Positions 25,965-38,647 are shown, counted from the whole stretch's first letter. The stretch: 57,529 nt of DNA, filler included, from Circinaria calcarea (GCA_051942165.1; 6 parts of 6 records of this genome joined end to end with filler, not necessarily neighbours in it); one strand, 5' to 3'. Made by a program: numbers and translations. Notes: generated by a model not told the origin, from the sequence alone.

Positions 25965-28286
25965 ATGAAGCATGGATTGCTGACTGCAACATTCCTCGGG
26001 ATGGCGACTCGCGCGCTTTCCTTGACATTTTCAAACTTCACCACTGGTGGGTTGCCTTAGGACCCGAAGCGGTCCTAATTCGTTCGTGAGCTGGTTTCGA
26101 GGAGCTGATATATTACTGTGTTCGCTTGCTTTAGGAGTTGGAGTCACTACTCCTGCGATTGCTGTACCCTCTTCCCTCGTTACTTCCCCTAGTGGGATAT
26201 CATCACCGGAGCATTCGTTTCCCAGTCCACCGGTTGATGCCCCTTTTGATGGTCCTGGGATCGATGCCAATCTTTCCAGCTATTGCGTTGCTTCCCAGTC
26301 CAGCGCCAAGAGTTCAGCATACTCTCGATATCTGGAACTGACAACTACACCCCAGCCCGTCACACAAACATTAACGAACTTAAATTCGGAAATATATACG
26401 TATACATCTTCATTCGAGTTCTATTACAAACCTAAATATCAGTCTCCTTGTTGTGGTGCTTGTACTGCTTGGGCCGCCAATGCTGGGGTATTTTATTGGC
26501 CCACGCCAAATCCGCAACCTAATATCACGACCATTGTTGATTCTACAGGTTTCACTTAGTACGTTCCAACTCCCTTTGTGGTCGGGGGAAAATGCTAATA
26601 GATGGTTTCAGTACTTCTCCTTCCGTATACGTCACGTATAGGTCCCTCCAAGCAGACAATCGCTGCGGTTGGGGCGTTGTGGGTACGATGGTAAACCGTA
26701 CTACACTATCGTTTCAGCCCACGGAGCTTTCTACTGTAAGGAAAACTCTTGGCATGGACTGGAACATTGGGACATACCAATTGGACTTTCGTGATTGGGG
26801 AACGAGTTGTACCTTGACGTTTAGTACTGCCACTGCGTCTGATGGAGTCGTCGGGGTCTGGAATCCTTGCGCAGCGATTCTTGCTATTCCCTCAAAGGTT
26901 TTAGATCTACAACCCGCATGGTCAACATGCGCCCCTGGCGTGGGTGCTACAGGAGTTCACGATCCCCCTTCTGCTCTGATACCAGCAGCTGGAGGTATTA
27001 TCCCGATAACAATACCGCAAACTACGATGTTTTCATCAGCGTTACCAAGTGCAGCCCCTGAATCAGTACCTTCAATTACCAGCGCAAGTGCCCGCCAGAA
27101 AACTACGTCGGCTCAAACCGCCCCTACACGAAGTAGTATAGCTCCAGCAGATCTCCCCAGCTCTTCAACCTCAATTCCGTCATTAGAGCTGATGGGACCT
27201 TTCAATTCAAGTCCGTTCGAGCCCTCCAATTCGAGCCCATCCGCTGCAATACAGATACCTGCACAATTGACCGATGCAAATTATCAGGTCACTCAAATGG
27301 TGATATCTACATCCGGACCACCTGCGTTGGTTAATCTACCCACGCCCACCACCGTCGCAATTGGGGGACACCCCTTGGCAATCCCCTCTATCGGGGCCAG
27401 TGTTGTATCTGTTGGAAGTGCTATCATTTCAATCTACGGGCTTCCAGCTACTGTCTCCGATATTGCAATTTCTCTTGGGTTGAGCGTTTTGATTGTCGGG
27501 ACGTCTACTATTACACTTGCGGGTACTGATTTGCAACCAACGACATCTCCTCTCTCGTTCGATGGCATCACAGCTTCGATCGTGCCAGCCGGTGTAGCCT
27601 TTGGAACTCAGACCGTTACAACGAGTCAGGCTATTATAGTATCTGGGATCACTGTCTCTCTCGGGTTAGGGGCACCTGTGATTGCGAGCAATACAATCCC
27701 CTTTACGAAAGCACCCGTTCTCACCACGGTTGCAGGACAGCCTAGCACAGTAGCAGGCTCTTTAGGAATTCTTACTGTTGCAGGAAGCATAGTCACGCCC
27801 GGCGGACCACGGGTTACCATATCAGGCATTCCTGTCTCCCTGGATCGAAGTGGGCTTCTCATAATTGGAACTTCCACCATCGTGCCACCTGTCAATGCAA
27901 TCACAACGCAATTCGTCATTGGAAGCAACACCTTCACAATTGATCCTACCAATGTCATTATCGAAGGATTCACCTTGGCACCTGGTAGTCCCGGAGTAAG
28001 TGTGAATGGCATACTCGTTTCGCTGGGTAGCACAGATCTAGTTGTTGGTACCCAGACTGAGACATTTTCTCCTGTGGGGACTTCGTCGCTAGGTGGCCTT
28101 GGTGCAATCATCATGTCCGGACTGGGAGCGATTGGCGGAAGTACGATAATATCAAACTCGTCATCTACGACCCCTGGGATCAGTCCATTCTTGGGTGAGG
28201 CTACGAAGGGTTTCTCTCTGGGGTTGATGCGAACGAGTATCACAACGCTAGCGGTTTGGATACTGTGCTACATTTACATATCGTGA
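25965..28286 (+). CDS. Secreted, probably GPI-anchored Ser/Thr-rich cell-wall/adhesin-like protein
   Basis: Signal-like MKHGLLTATFLGMATRALS; introns 26047-26134 and 26559-26611; Cys-containing domain (VFYWP..GFTYTSPSVY..CG..DPPSAL); repeats such as VTISGIPVSL..LIIGTST; hydrophobic C-terminus. Confidence 0.75.
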
Positions 28287-28742
28287 GGCAGTGTCATTTA
28301 CCTAGGGCGATAAGCGGCGTTGGATACCGTCAGAAAGGAGGAGCATTACAGGGAGGGCACTACGTCTTCAATTGGAATGCACGGCTGAGCCGGAAAGTAC
28401 GTATTGGTAAATGGTATGAAATACTATGTGATAACTATAGTCTATGCCCTTGTGTGAAGTGTGTGTATGATGTGTATATAATTTCGTGAAGTGTATATGA
28501 GAAAGTGCTCGGTGGATAGCTAATATATAAAGCGAAAAGCGAGTCCAATTGGCGTGTTTTCCCCGCTTCCTTCTCCAAGCGATCTAATTATAATATGCGG
28601 TACTTTTTGGCAGTTTCAGCAAAGCCGGTTTTCACCGGTAATTATCCATAATCTGACTTAGTGCCGCCCCGCCCGGTCGTTATTTCAGAATAATAAAAGA
28701 AATTAATTTAATTAAAAAGTTAATAACACGCGGTATAATATA

Positions 28743-28842
28743 NNNNNNNNNNNNNNNNNNNNNNNNNNNNNNNNNNNNNNNNNNNNTTAATTAATTAANN
28801 NNNNNNNNNNNNNNNNNNNNNNNNNNNNNNNNNNNNNNNNNN
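28743..28842. other. Artificial contig linker
   Basis: N44-TTAATTAATTAA-N44. Confidence 0.98.
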
Positions 28843-28971
28843 CTCCGGTTCCGGGGCCGCATCGCGTACTTCGATAGGTTCATCGACGGCAACGGCGACG
28901 CCTTCCGCTCGAGGCTCCATGGCGGCGGCTGCCATCAAGGGAGCAAGAAGGAGGAGGACTGCGAAGCGCAT
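28843..28971 (-). CDS. 5' end of a small secreted prepro-protein (truncated by contig edge)
   Basis: CAACCAAAATG start context; MRFAVLLLLAPLMAAAAMEPRAEGVAVAVDEPIEVRDAAPEPE is open to the contig edge. Not in the ORF track. Confidence 0.65.
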
Positions 28972-31900
28972 TTTGGTTGAGGACGTTCAGATTGCAAGTT
29001 AAACTGTTTGACCCGTGAGGAGCTAAACTTAGAAGCCGGGGATCTGAGACCGTGTATGTTCACAGACTGGATAATTCAGCTTACTCAAGGAGGTTCTTTC
29101 AGTTGGAGGTGTGCAGATGTTGTGGAATGGGTTGAGGTTGAGAAACCAAAATTTGTGCTCCTGGTGAGATACTCGCTATTATATACATCGAGTCCAGTCT
29201 GCTCCAGGTCAGTTGATGCCAAGTCCCCGACTGAACGTTAAAGCCTGTCTCTGACAGCTGTAGGGTGCAACAACGTTACATTTTCGGCAGGAGTTGATAT
29301 CTCCAAGCTCCATCCATACTCAACCCCGCAGCGCGGGCCAATATCCCCTTGGCGACGGCTGAATGTTTGGCACGCGTACCAAGTGGCTTCCATCATAACG
29401 ATGGGCTCTTTGCCTCCAAAGACGACAGCTGTTACGTACAAATTGGTCTTGAACACGACACCGAACGGTCCTTCCCCTGATACCCTACTAGATAAGGAAT
29501 TTGGGCCGGTGCAGCACCAGCTATCATTCGGGAGCTTGAAGTTCGTTGCCAGCCGTCTCCGTTACTACCTACCCCTCGTTCGTATTTCGCAGTTACTGCA
29601 CGTAAGATAAATTTATCCACTCAACGTAACTATTAGCTAACAATATCCCAGGAAATGGATATCTTGCCCTAGTCTTGTTATTCCCTACCCCAGGGGAACC
29701 AGGGACTCGCTGTACTGCATCATTGGCGCATCTGGGAGTCGGGATGGAAGACAAGAGCAAGGCGCAACCGGGGGCAATCAGACCGACAACCGAGACGGAA
29801 ATCGGCAAGATAGAAAGCCGTGATAACGGGCGCTGCCTGGCAGTTGTCAGGAACCACGAAGCCACCGCACGTATCAGACAGGACTGCTTCCCTCGAATTT
29901 GCAGGTAAACTTGATATTTTTGTTGGAGAGTTAGTTTAAGATTTACAGACCTGGGGGATCCAGCGCAAGGGTTTTGATTTTCTACAAATGATACTGCTCT
30001 GCGTTGATTTCACGGGGCCTCGCATCAGGTAAGTCTTCAAAGAAATGCTCTTTGCCAGATGTAGCGTAAGTGGAATGTTCCCACTAGACATACAGAAATT
30101 AGCCCTTTGTTAGCGGTGACGCTTATCTATGTAGAAGCGGCTACAATGTTGGCGTGGTCCCGCCATGCAGCAATAAGGGAAGTAGTTCCAGATACAGGTA
30201 GAATACCGTTGACATTTGGGCAAGCATGTGGGCACTCAGCCTTTGGAGGTGCGGGAGTAAACATATGGGTTCGGCGTCCGATCCATATTTGTGCAACTCC
30301 GTGGATTTAAGCGGAGGAATTGGATAGGTGAATTCTACACCGAAAAGGAGCTCATGAATATCTAGATGTACCATTCGTTGAAACCAGTCTTTCACTCGGG
30401 AGCAGGATTCGAGAATTTTTCCTTCACTCCTCGCAGCTGTCTCTGACGATCTTGGCCAAACCATATCATCACAGGACATAATTAGCAAAAAGTAGTAATG
30501 AACCGTTATCAATCTTTTCCGAAATAGTCTAGGAAATTACCCAGCAAAACAACGAAATCCTATAGATTTTAGGGCTCTGACAGCAAAGGCGAACCAAAAA
30601 CCAATAATAGTATAATCAGAAAGGTATTATATTGAACACGAGGTGACTCGGAAGATTGTCAGAAACAGCAACGTTCCAATAACAAGTAGCGTTCCATTGG
30701 TTGTCAATCCCGGTGGGCCAGGACAATATCTCCAATGTTATTGGGGCTATGCTCCACTCGCGGGAAACGATTCAAGAATCATTCACGTGGAGATGAAGCA
30801 GAAGGTAGCAGCGAGGCATGCCTGGAGGCAGCACAAAGTGAGACAAAGTCCAGGACCGGAACGTGGAGGCGAACTTGGCAGTCCTACCAATGCAGTTTGA
30901 GGGTCTGTTCCGTCTCTCTAGCCTTGAGAAGTTCTCTTCATCACATGCTTCGATCGGCAGGATCATTAGATGACAGGCAGCTCGTGAATGTCTAGAGTAA
31001 GAGGCTTTTCAACTGACGTATTCAATATCAATTCTATAGTGATGTCAATACGTAAGGTTCCAACGCGGATTCTCACGATGGTGTTGACTCTGAGGGTATG
31101 CTCTTACCCGCGTCAAGTGGTACCACCGATCCACCTTCCCAAGGGAAAAACTGAAGATCGATGCGTGTCCTGTATACATAGAGCACGTTGCTTGGGTAGA
31201 TGTCATAATGTTCGTATCCGACTTTGATACGATGTCCGATATCATCGTGTGTCGTTGGCTTAAAGAAGTGCACTATATTTTGAAGGGAGCCAATGGCAGA
31301 ACGACAAAGTTCCCCGGATTTCTCCAGGGGAAATTTAAGTTTCCACCAAAGTAGCCCCTGCCAAAACCCAAATGTTTAGTCGCGGCACCTCGGATGGCCC
31401 GCATATGCGCGCAATCAAAGACATGGAGGGAATATCACCGGAATTAGGTTCAGATCTCAATGGCGCTACTTTTGGTGGTCTGGTCACTGGTAGTTCACCC
31501 CTTCCCGTTTCTAAGACCTGCGTTTACGAGCTGACTGCATTAGAAGGCCGAGAAGAACGCTCTTGGCTAGTCGTAAGATTTACTCGTTGAACAGGCAAGC
31601 TTTGCATACGGACAGTTTTCGTTTGTCGATTAATGTGGCGCCCCCGGTGTTACAATCACGATTCAGGTCCTTGTTCTTCGATTCGGGCTATATTCAAGCG
31701 ATCCTGTAATGTAACGCACGCCGCACACATGCGGCTCCAGTCTTGGCAAAAGTCCCGGGGCTGCGTATGGAGTGGACTGTAATCTCCCCCAGACAGCACG
31801 AACCGTGCTACCCCAGTTTACTGAATCAGTGTGGGAATGCCGGTGCACTTGGAACTGGTGTGGCACGGGCCGTGTTTGAGCAGCTGCTTAATAGAGATGA

Positions 31901-32399
31901 CTTCAATTGTCATGCACGTGATTATAGCCCCAAATAGGGAGAATCATGTTGTGACTTTCTCAGCCCTATCACCTATACTATCAAGCAAACTAAACACTGA
32001 TTCTGAATATCCAGATGGAGACTCCCGACTGATGTAAAAGGTATTAGTTGGGAGCGTGGCCACCACCAGCGAACATGTATGTCTTTACCAAAACTTGCTC
32101 ACGGATCAGAGTTGAGATAAAATCCTTTGGAGTATAAGGTAGGGCTATTTTGTCTTTGGCTCGAAGACTACAGATATCCAATTCCGATTGAAAAAGGCAG
32201 GATAAAACAAGGAGAGTCAAAAGTAGAATACGATTTACCAGAATACAATCAGAAAATCTCCAACTGGGATTCGGGAAGAAAGCTTCACGTCATATCATTA
32301 GCCCCAACAGCAACCCAGTCCGTTTCCTTGAACATGTAAAACGTTCTGCACTGCCTTTATCTAGGATCTTGCTTCCAGGCCCACACGCTCACCTGGTAT

Positions 32400-32940
32400 T
32401 AGGTCGATAACGTCCTTCAACATCCCTCGGTCTACGCAAACCTCATGGCTGAGATTAACGACCGCGAGACACGCAATTCTCTATCCTTACCTATCGTTCA
32501 GTACGATGAAACGAATGCGTTACCGTACTTCATGGCCTGTGTCCACGAAAACCTGCGGCTTGGCTGTCCCACGCAGTCCATCCTTCCGCGGCTTATCTCT
32601 GCCGGTGGTATAAATCTGTACGGTACTTTGGCTCCGGAGAACACAAAAATCGGCGCAAGCCTCCACGTTTTTCATAGGAACCAAGCAATATTCGGTGCCG
32701 ACACTGAAGTATTTCTCCCGGAGTGGTGGCTCGAGAGCCCGAGCGATCCCAGCTCATGCACAAGTATGGCATATGGTGAGGGTTATGGAGATTAGGAATA
32801 TGCTGGGAAAGCTATGCGCAGCTCGAAATGCAGAAGCTTTGCGTTCAGCTGTTCGCATTTTTGAGCTCGAGACAGCTACGCCGGAGAAGAGGCTCTTAAA
32901 TAAGAGCTGGGCGGTGGAGATGATTTGGTAGCAGTGGTTA
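32400..32940 (+). pseudogene. Cytochrome P450 C-terminal relic
   Basis: LPYFMACVHENLR (ExxR), HRNQAIFG, FLPEWWL (PERW-like). The heme loop reads GYGD*EYAGK (stop at 32793, Tyr in place of the Cys); frameshifts are present. Confidence 0.8.
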
Positions 32941-33415
32941 TATTCTACAGAGAGAGAAAAAGAGAGTAGGTCCGTTACGTTGACAGAAACTTACTAACGG
33001 CACACATTTGACAAAGTCCCCCTGAAGACCTTGACCATACCATTTTAGGATTTCTAGCTTGATTTTGGTAAAATGGAGACATAGATGATGGGAGTCAAAA
33101 ACCAGAAGATCGTCGCGGCTTTGAGCGATTTCAAAAGGATATGTGCTTGGGTCAATTGGGACTGAATAAACCTCCAGAGATGAACCTGGAAGAAAAAGGT
33201 AGTCAGGAGGATTACTTGGACAATATAGATAAAGGGTCAATGTCATGTAGTACTGTCCTAGGAGATATATGACTTCGCATACAGAACACTCAACGCTATT
33301 TAATCTACCAAAACATGTTGAAACTCCTGTGAGTCAGAGATACGGGGACGGAAAACATGCTGGTGAGAGTAGAGACATCTATTCCCTATACACGCACGCA
33401 CGCCCGACACGACAT

Positions 33416-33523
33416 CCCCTTAACAAACCCTCAACATAATGCCTCTAACACCCCTTAACAGACCCTCAACATAATGCCCCTAATGCGATGCCCTTAATAT
33501 AATGCCCTTAATATAATGCCTTT
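33416..33523. repeat. Short tandem repeats (35-bp unit x2, then ATAATGCCTTA-like units)
   Basis: CCCCTTAACARACCCTCAACATAATGCCYCTAA occurs twice, followed by CCTTAATATAATG repeats. Confidence 0.7.
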
Positions 33524-33535
33524 AGTATGATATCC

Positions 33536-34014
33536 CTAAATGGTTGTCGACCGTATCTTATTTCCGGCCTGAATAAACAGCGTAAGAATCATGCCGATCC
33601 CACTCAAAAAGACCCCCGTTCTTACGTTCGCCATGGTCTGACTCTGATTATTTACATAAACGATATTATACACCACCCGGCTGGCCAAGTACCCGGCGCT
33701 CAGCCAATTCAGCCACTCAGTCTCCAAGCCCGCCATATTGCCCGCTACGACGGCAGTGGCAAAGAGGCCGATGTTCTCGAAGGCGTTATGCTGGGCGCCG
33801 TCGGCGCGCGTGATGCGGTCCTTGGTCGCTTGGTCGATGGATTGGTCGGCGGCGATAGCGGCGATGGCCGTACGAGGCTGGATGGTGACGAATTTTTCAA
33901 GGTGGTGCGCTCGTAGAGAGTGATGGCGTAGAGGTTGGGAGTGAGAGAGAGGAACCAGGCGGCGGGGACGGTGTAGAGGGAGAAGTTGCGGGTGGTGTCA
34001 AAGATGGAGGCCAT
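33536..34014 (-). pseudogene. MAPEG-family membrane protein with a single -1 frameshift (or a homopolymer error)
   Basis: Adding one A to the A5 run (33893-33897) gives a 159-aa protein: NFSLYTVPAAW..RADGAQHNAFENIGLFATAVVAG..YLASRVVYNIVY. Confidence 0.8.
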
Positions 34015-34744
34015 GGTTGTCTTTGATATTGGGTGGGTGATGAGCTGTGACCTGATGGATGAGGGTTTAGTTGGATCTATCAATGGATGCTGGTATTCGA
34101 AACAATGTATGAATGCCTTTTCAATTGTTTCTCAGCTCTGCTTAAGCACGGATGATGGGTTGCCAATGAGTGCTAAAATCCCCCATCGAGTCGGCGCAAA
34201 CTGCTCCGATTCGTCACAATTCGCGGAAAACTTTAAGAGCTCGACCGAAGGTCGGAGCTTCGGAAATATCAGTGCTCCGTACTCCATAATAGCACAGAAG
34301 AGGCTTAGTCGCGCAGTTGATTAACAATCTCAGTCAGAGTCACGAAGGGTTATCCTATAGGTACTTTTCAGTGTCAGTATATAAAAAGTACCTTAGGGAT
34401 ACTTGTAATGAATTCGAATAAGAAGATATACCCATTTTTTAACATCAACCCCCTAACCACCCTAACCCTAGCCCCTAACCATACAGAGGGGTGACAGCTC
34501 GGGCTAGACTACACAGGGGCCGTATTATGATAAACACTGACACTGATCCCTATTTTCCCACACAAAAACAGTCTGTGCAGTAAACATCACCCTGGTGTAT
34601 TCTAGCCCGAGCTGTCCACCTTCTGTACTCCGTAGGCCATAACCAACGAAAGTAGCGAGTGAAATACAGCCCGGAAAAACTTTAGCCTCGATAGAGTGAT
34701 AAGAAGTTTCGGAGGATCTCGACGAATTAGAGCAATTTACGCCG

Positions 34745-36260
34745 ACTCGACACGTAAATGCTTGATTCCGTAACGCATAGACTACTATCAACGACTTCTC
34801 TCATTGATGCCGACCCTCCAGGGCGATATAGAGTACTATAGGGAAAGACCAGCTGGAGCCATAACTTGCGGTAGGTAAAAAATGGGTTCATACTTGCCAC
34901 CACGTCGCCCAACTGCATCCAGGCCTTCGTCTTTAGATTCTTAGCTGAGTGTTCCACATCCTGCGGCGACAGTTTCTCCGACAACCATTTCTTAGCCCTT
35001 AGGGGTGCCAACTAAGACTCGGGCAATCTGCCGCAAACCTGTACGCATTGCATAACGGTCTATCTAGGTGGCGTAGTAATTGGGATTAGTGACTGGCGCT
35101 GCGGCAGGGTCTGTGCTGCCTATCGTGATATACCCTTTGGAAGTTGGCAACATGATAGCCACACTCTTGGAAATGTGAGATTCGTCCATGGCGATGGCAG
35201 GGTCTGCAGGATTATCTCAAGCAAAAAGCACAAACGACTCCGTAAAAGACCACGACGGAGAAAGGAGGGAATAATTATCCACCACCTTACCTTAGTCCGC
35301 CCTTAGTGCGTGTTTCAGAACCCTCGAGTGGCACCGTCTTGTAAATACAAAATCCAGCGGATTTCCCTTCGCGAAGTTCTCGGCGTTTTTTAACAGCGGC
35401 GGACCCAAGGATACACTGGCCTCAGGATTACGCAGCTTCCACCACTATCTTACCAGTAAGTGATCGTGGGAACAATTGCCTACTTCAGGTGCGTTGATGA
35501 TTGGGTGATACCATGGCTTTCCAGATCTGCCGCAGGTCCTACTTCAGGTAGCAGCAGAAGTTGTGGGATACGGTAGGAACAGGCTGACAAGGTAACTTCA
35601 CGCCTTGCTAAAATTCTTTCTACCGTCGGCGACCTCGACTCCCGTAGCTACCTTTTGGCCCCCTGGTCTTGTACCTTCGGTGAGCACGGGTCTTGCCAGC
35701 GTATTGGCCAGGACATGGACTCCTTCCAAAGTATAGCTATACTAGCCAACTGGCGAATTCCATTTGCCACGGTTCTTTACTTCCTCTGCTAGATCCTGAG
35801 GCGAGCCGGAGTTCACATCTGCGATCTAATGTACGCCGGCCTAAGCCGAAGCCGAAGTCGAAGTGGATACTCGCTGCTGGCATTGGAAACTGACTCTGCA
35901 TAGATAGGCTCCTCAAGCCCATGTCTCTGGGGGTCAACTTCCGTATCATAATGATGCTCGGTTTTGCGGAATTAGGGGGGATCCGTCATAGCTCCATCTT
36001 GGGTCATTGACTAACTTTGCGCAGGCATCGTAGTCGTGCCTATCGCCGTGTGACCACCCAACTAACCGAATGAACATTTCAGTTGTATATCTGTCTTCGC
36101 TTTTCGTCTTGGGCGGCCAGAGTACCTGAATTAATGACTGATCCCCTCCAAGTGTCTTTCCTGCCTCTTGCGCACAAACACGATTACTAAGCAAGCGTTG
36201 CGGTACAATCCTGCAGCTCCAGTCTGATTCATATCCTAAAAGCTGAATGGCGTGCATGCC
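34745..36260 (-). pseudogene. GMC oxidoreductase relic
   Basis: Colinear motifs across shifted frames: DWSCRIVPQ..AGKTLGG, DYDACAKLVNDPRWSYDG, VATGVEVADG..ARREVTLSA..PQLLLL, APEVG..HDH, PTSKGYITI..NPNYYAT*, TLYRPGGSASM..VVDSSL; several stops. Confidence 0.8.
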
Positions 36261-37138
36261 TTTGGGAAAATGTACTTGCTTGCCATATTTCGGTAGCTAG
36301 GCGTCTATCACAAACAAAAGTGCTCCGAAATTCAGATCACATTAATAATTCAATGGGTGTAAGGATAGACGCCAGAGCTGGTGAAGGGAAAGGATTCAAT
36401 CCCTAAAGAATCTGACCATCTAACCAGAACACAGCAATGGCAGTGGCAAGAAAATGATGTTAACGCAATGTGAATATTTACCTAGCGCTCTGAATGGTAA
36501 GCATATCCAGTAATCTACTACTAAATAAAATCATCCTGACATGTCTTTTGCAGTCAAAGGGAGAAACCCACGCTGGCACGGGTATACGGTGGTAGTACCG
36601 TAATTCTGACTTGGCAAAGGATCACGAGTATGCCCGTCTGCGCTAGCTGATGCTGTCAGGTGGTGTAGCTGAAATTTGAGGGCCCACGGGACCCGGTTGG
36701 CTCTTCGGGGACCCACGACCGGAAAAGTAGTCCATGTCAGCCATGTGCTACGGACTCAAGGGTCGATACGAGAACAACTTTCAAGTTGGCATTCACATTG
36801 GAACCTATCGTTACAGGGGATGCGGGAACAGTAAGAAAAATTGAGAACGAGGGAAAAGATAGGTAGAGGCGAAAGGACCAGGCAGAAAAGAGAGAGAGAG
36901 AGAGCGCGAAGACGTCAGTCAAGTTATCCAAGTTAATCTATCGATACTGGAATTATGTAGACGTGTTATTCAGAAGGCGAGCCGCGTAAGGCTGCGCTAA
37001 GATAAGCTAGTATCATTGCCATTCAATTCCCAATGTCCAACATCGCGATCCAAAGCTTAGCTTTTCTATGAACCCATAGAAACAACATGCACTGTATGGG
37101 TTCAGCGCATCTAAAACATTTCACTGAGTAAAGGAGTC

Positions 37139-37609
37139 ATGGCCCCATCCTCCCGGCCGACTAATGGCATCACCCCCGCCCTTACCGAGAAATCATACTT
37201 CGAGCAGCAACGCGACGTCTTAGTGGGGGAGATTGCCATTGTGCGGCCCTCCTCTACGCTTGTACACCACCGCCCATTCAACTAATACCTACCCGCTGAC
37301 ACAGAGCTTCGAGCAAGTCCTCCAGAACATCAACAAGCTCAATCGATCTCTTGAAGGCGTGATAGCGGTCCGTATCTCCCTACTGCCACCTTGATGTACT
37401 TTCTTGGGCTGTAAAGGGGGTTCAACGGAGTTAACGATGCGGAACAGGTGGGAAATGAGTTTGGGTCTGTGGAGGCTTTATGGTCGCAGTTCGAGAATGT
37501 GATGGCGAGAGGGCCGGATGCAGAAGGGGAGGGGAAGGACGGTGAGAAGGGGGAAGAGGATGAAGTGAAAGAGGAGGATGGTGGAAAACTAGAGGGGAGA
37601 AGAATGTGA
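37139..37609 (+). CDS. DAD1: DASH/Dam1 kinetochore complex subunit Dad1
   Basis: Exons 37139-37240, 37305-37367 and 37448-37609 give [56 protein letters not shown]. Not in the ORF track. Confidence 0.93.
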
Positions 37610-38004
37610 TTCTCAGACGAGGGCTACATCGACCTTTCATAGCCGCCGAAAAAAGAAGAGGAACATGAGCCTGCAAGAGCAAATCGCCAGGAATATCCTT
37701 CAGGTGCTAGACACCGAGGTCACGAGATTCTCCCAGTCGGACATATGCATCGTATTCGATTCTAAACTAAGGCTGCCTGCCTACAGAGCCAATGCCCAAC
37801 TCCGCCAGACCCGACTCCTCCCCAGAATCTCCACCTTTGCATACACCAGAGTATCAATGTTGTGTGTAAGAAGATTCGAGAAAAATGAACACGTGGAATG
37901 GGACACACAGAAGCGTTCATGCAGATCATTGCTCCATACAATGCATGATTATCAACATAGACATACTGAAGAGGCTGACTCGTTCACGAGTTCTGCTTTC
38001 CCTC

Positions 38005-38337
38005 TTACAGAATTTTGCATGGCCTCTTCTTTAGCTTCTTGCTTGGTTTCCCAGAATTTCGGGAAGTTTCTTGTTCCCGTATAACTATCTCTTGGCCCAC
38101 GGCTGTGTTCACTGCCAGCTCAAACACCTCGTCGACACCTCTCATCTCTTTACTGCTGCATTCGACGTAGACCGCGCCCATTCGATCTGCGACTCTTCCC
38201 CCTTGCTCTGGCGTAACAGGTGTTAGGCCTTGTGTTTTCAGTAGGTCTATGCAGGTTCGCTTCGTTCGAAGATCTGATTTGAGTCCGACGAGGATAATTG
38301 GTGTCGTTGGGCAGAAGTGGAGCACCTCAGGATACCA
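38005..38337 (-). CDS. RHO4: Last exon of a Rho-family GTPase (Rho4-like); 5' part is off the contig
   Basis: WYPEVLHFCPTTPIILVGLKSDLR, YVECSSK, polybasic tail and CAAX box CKIL; CAG acceptor at 38340-38338. Confidence 0.8.
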   Translation of the reverse strand, partial: WYPEVLHFCPTTPIILVGLKSDLRTKRTCIDLLKTQGLTPVTPEQGGRVADRMGAVYVECSSKEMRGVDEVFELAVNTAVGQEIVIREQETSRNSGKPSKKLKKRPCKIL

Positions 38338-38345
38338 CTGAAAAC

Positions 38346-38445
38346 NNNNNNNNNNNNNNNNNNNNNNNNNNNNNNNNNNNNNNNNNNNNTTAATTAATTA
38401 ANNNNNNNNNNNNNNNNNNNNNNNNNNNNNNNNNNNNNNNNNNNN
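38346..38445. other. Artificial contig linker
   Basis: N44-TTAATTAATTAA-N44. Confidence 0.98.
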
Positions 38446-38647
38446 TTTTTTTTTTTTTGGCAAAAAGTCTCAACGGCTTTTTCCTTGTTCGGAGCGGAGG
38501 ACTGTTAATGCGTTGTGCTGCTGCTGCTGCTGCTCTACCTAGGTGGAGGGAATGAAGTTGCATTACTACACTATTTAGGTTTCGAATGTGATTTTTCAGG
38601 TGGTCTTGTTGAAATCTCCAGGGGGACATTTTTTATATCCGTAGCGG

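Noticed and set aside
29000..32400. Numerous 60-120 aa ORFs
   Set aside because: No motif or coherent exon chain recognised; may hold further relics, but this is unsupported.
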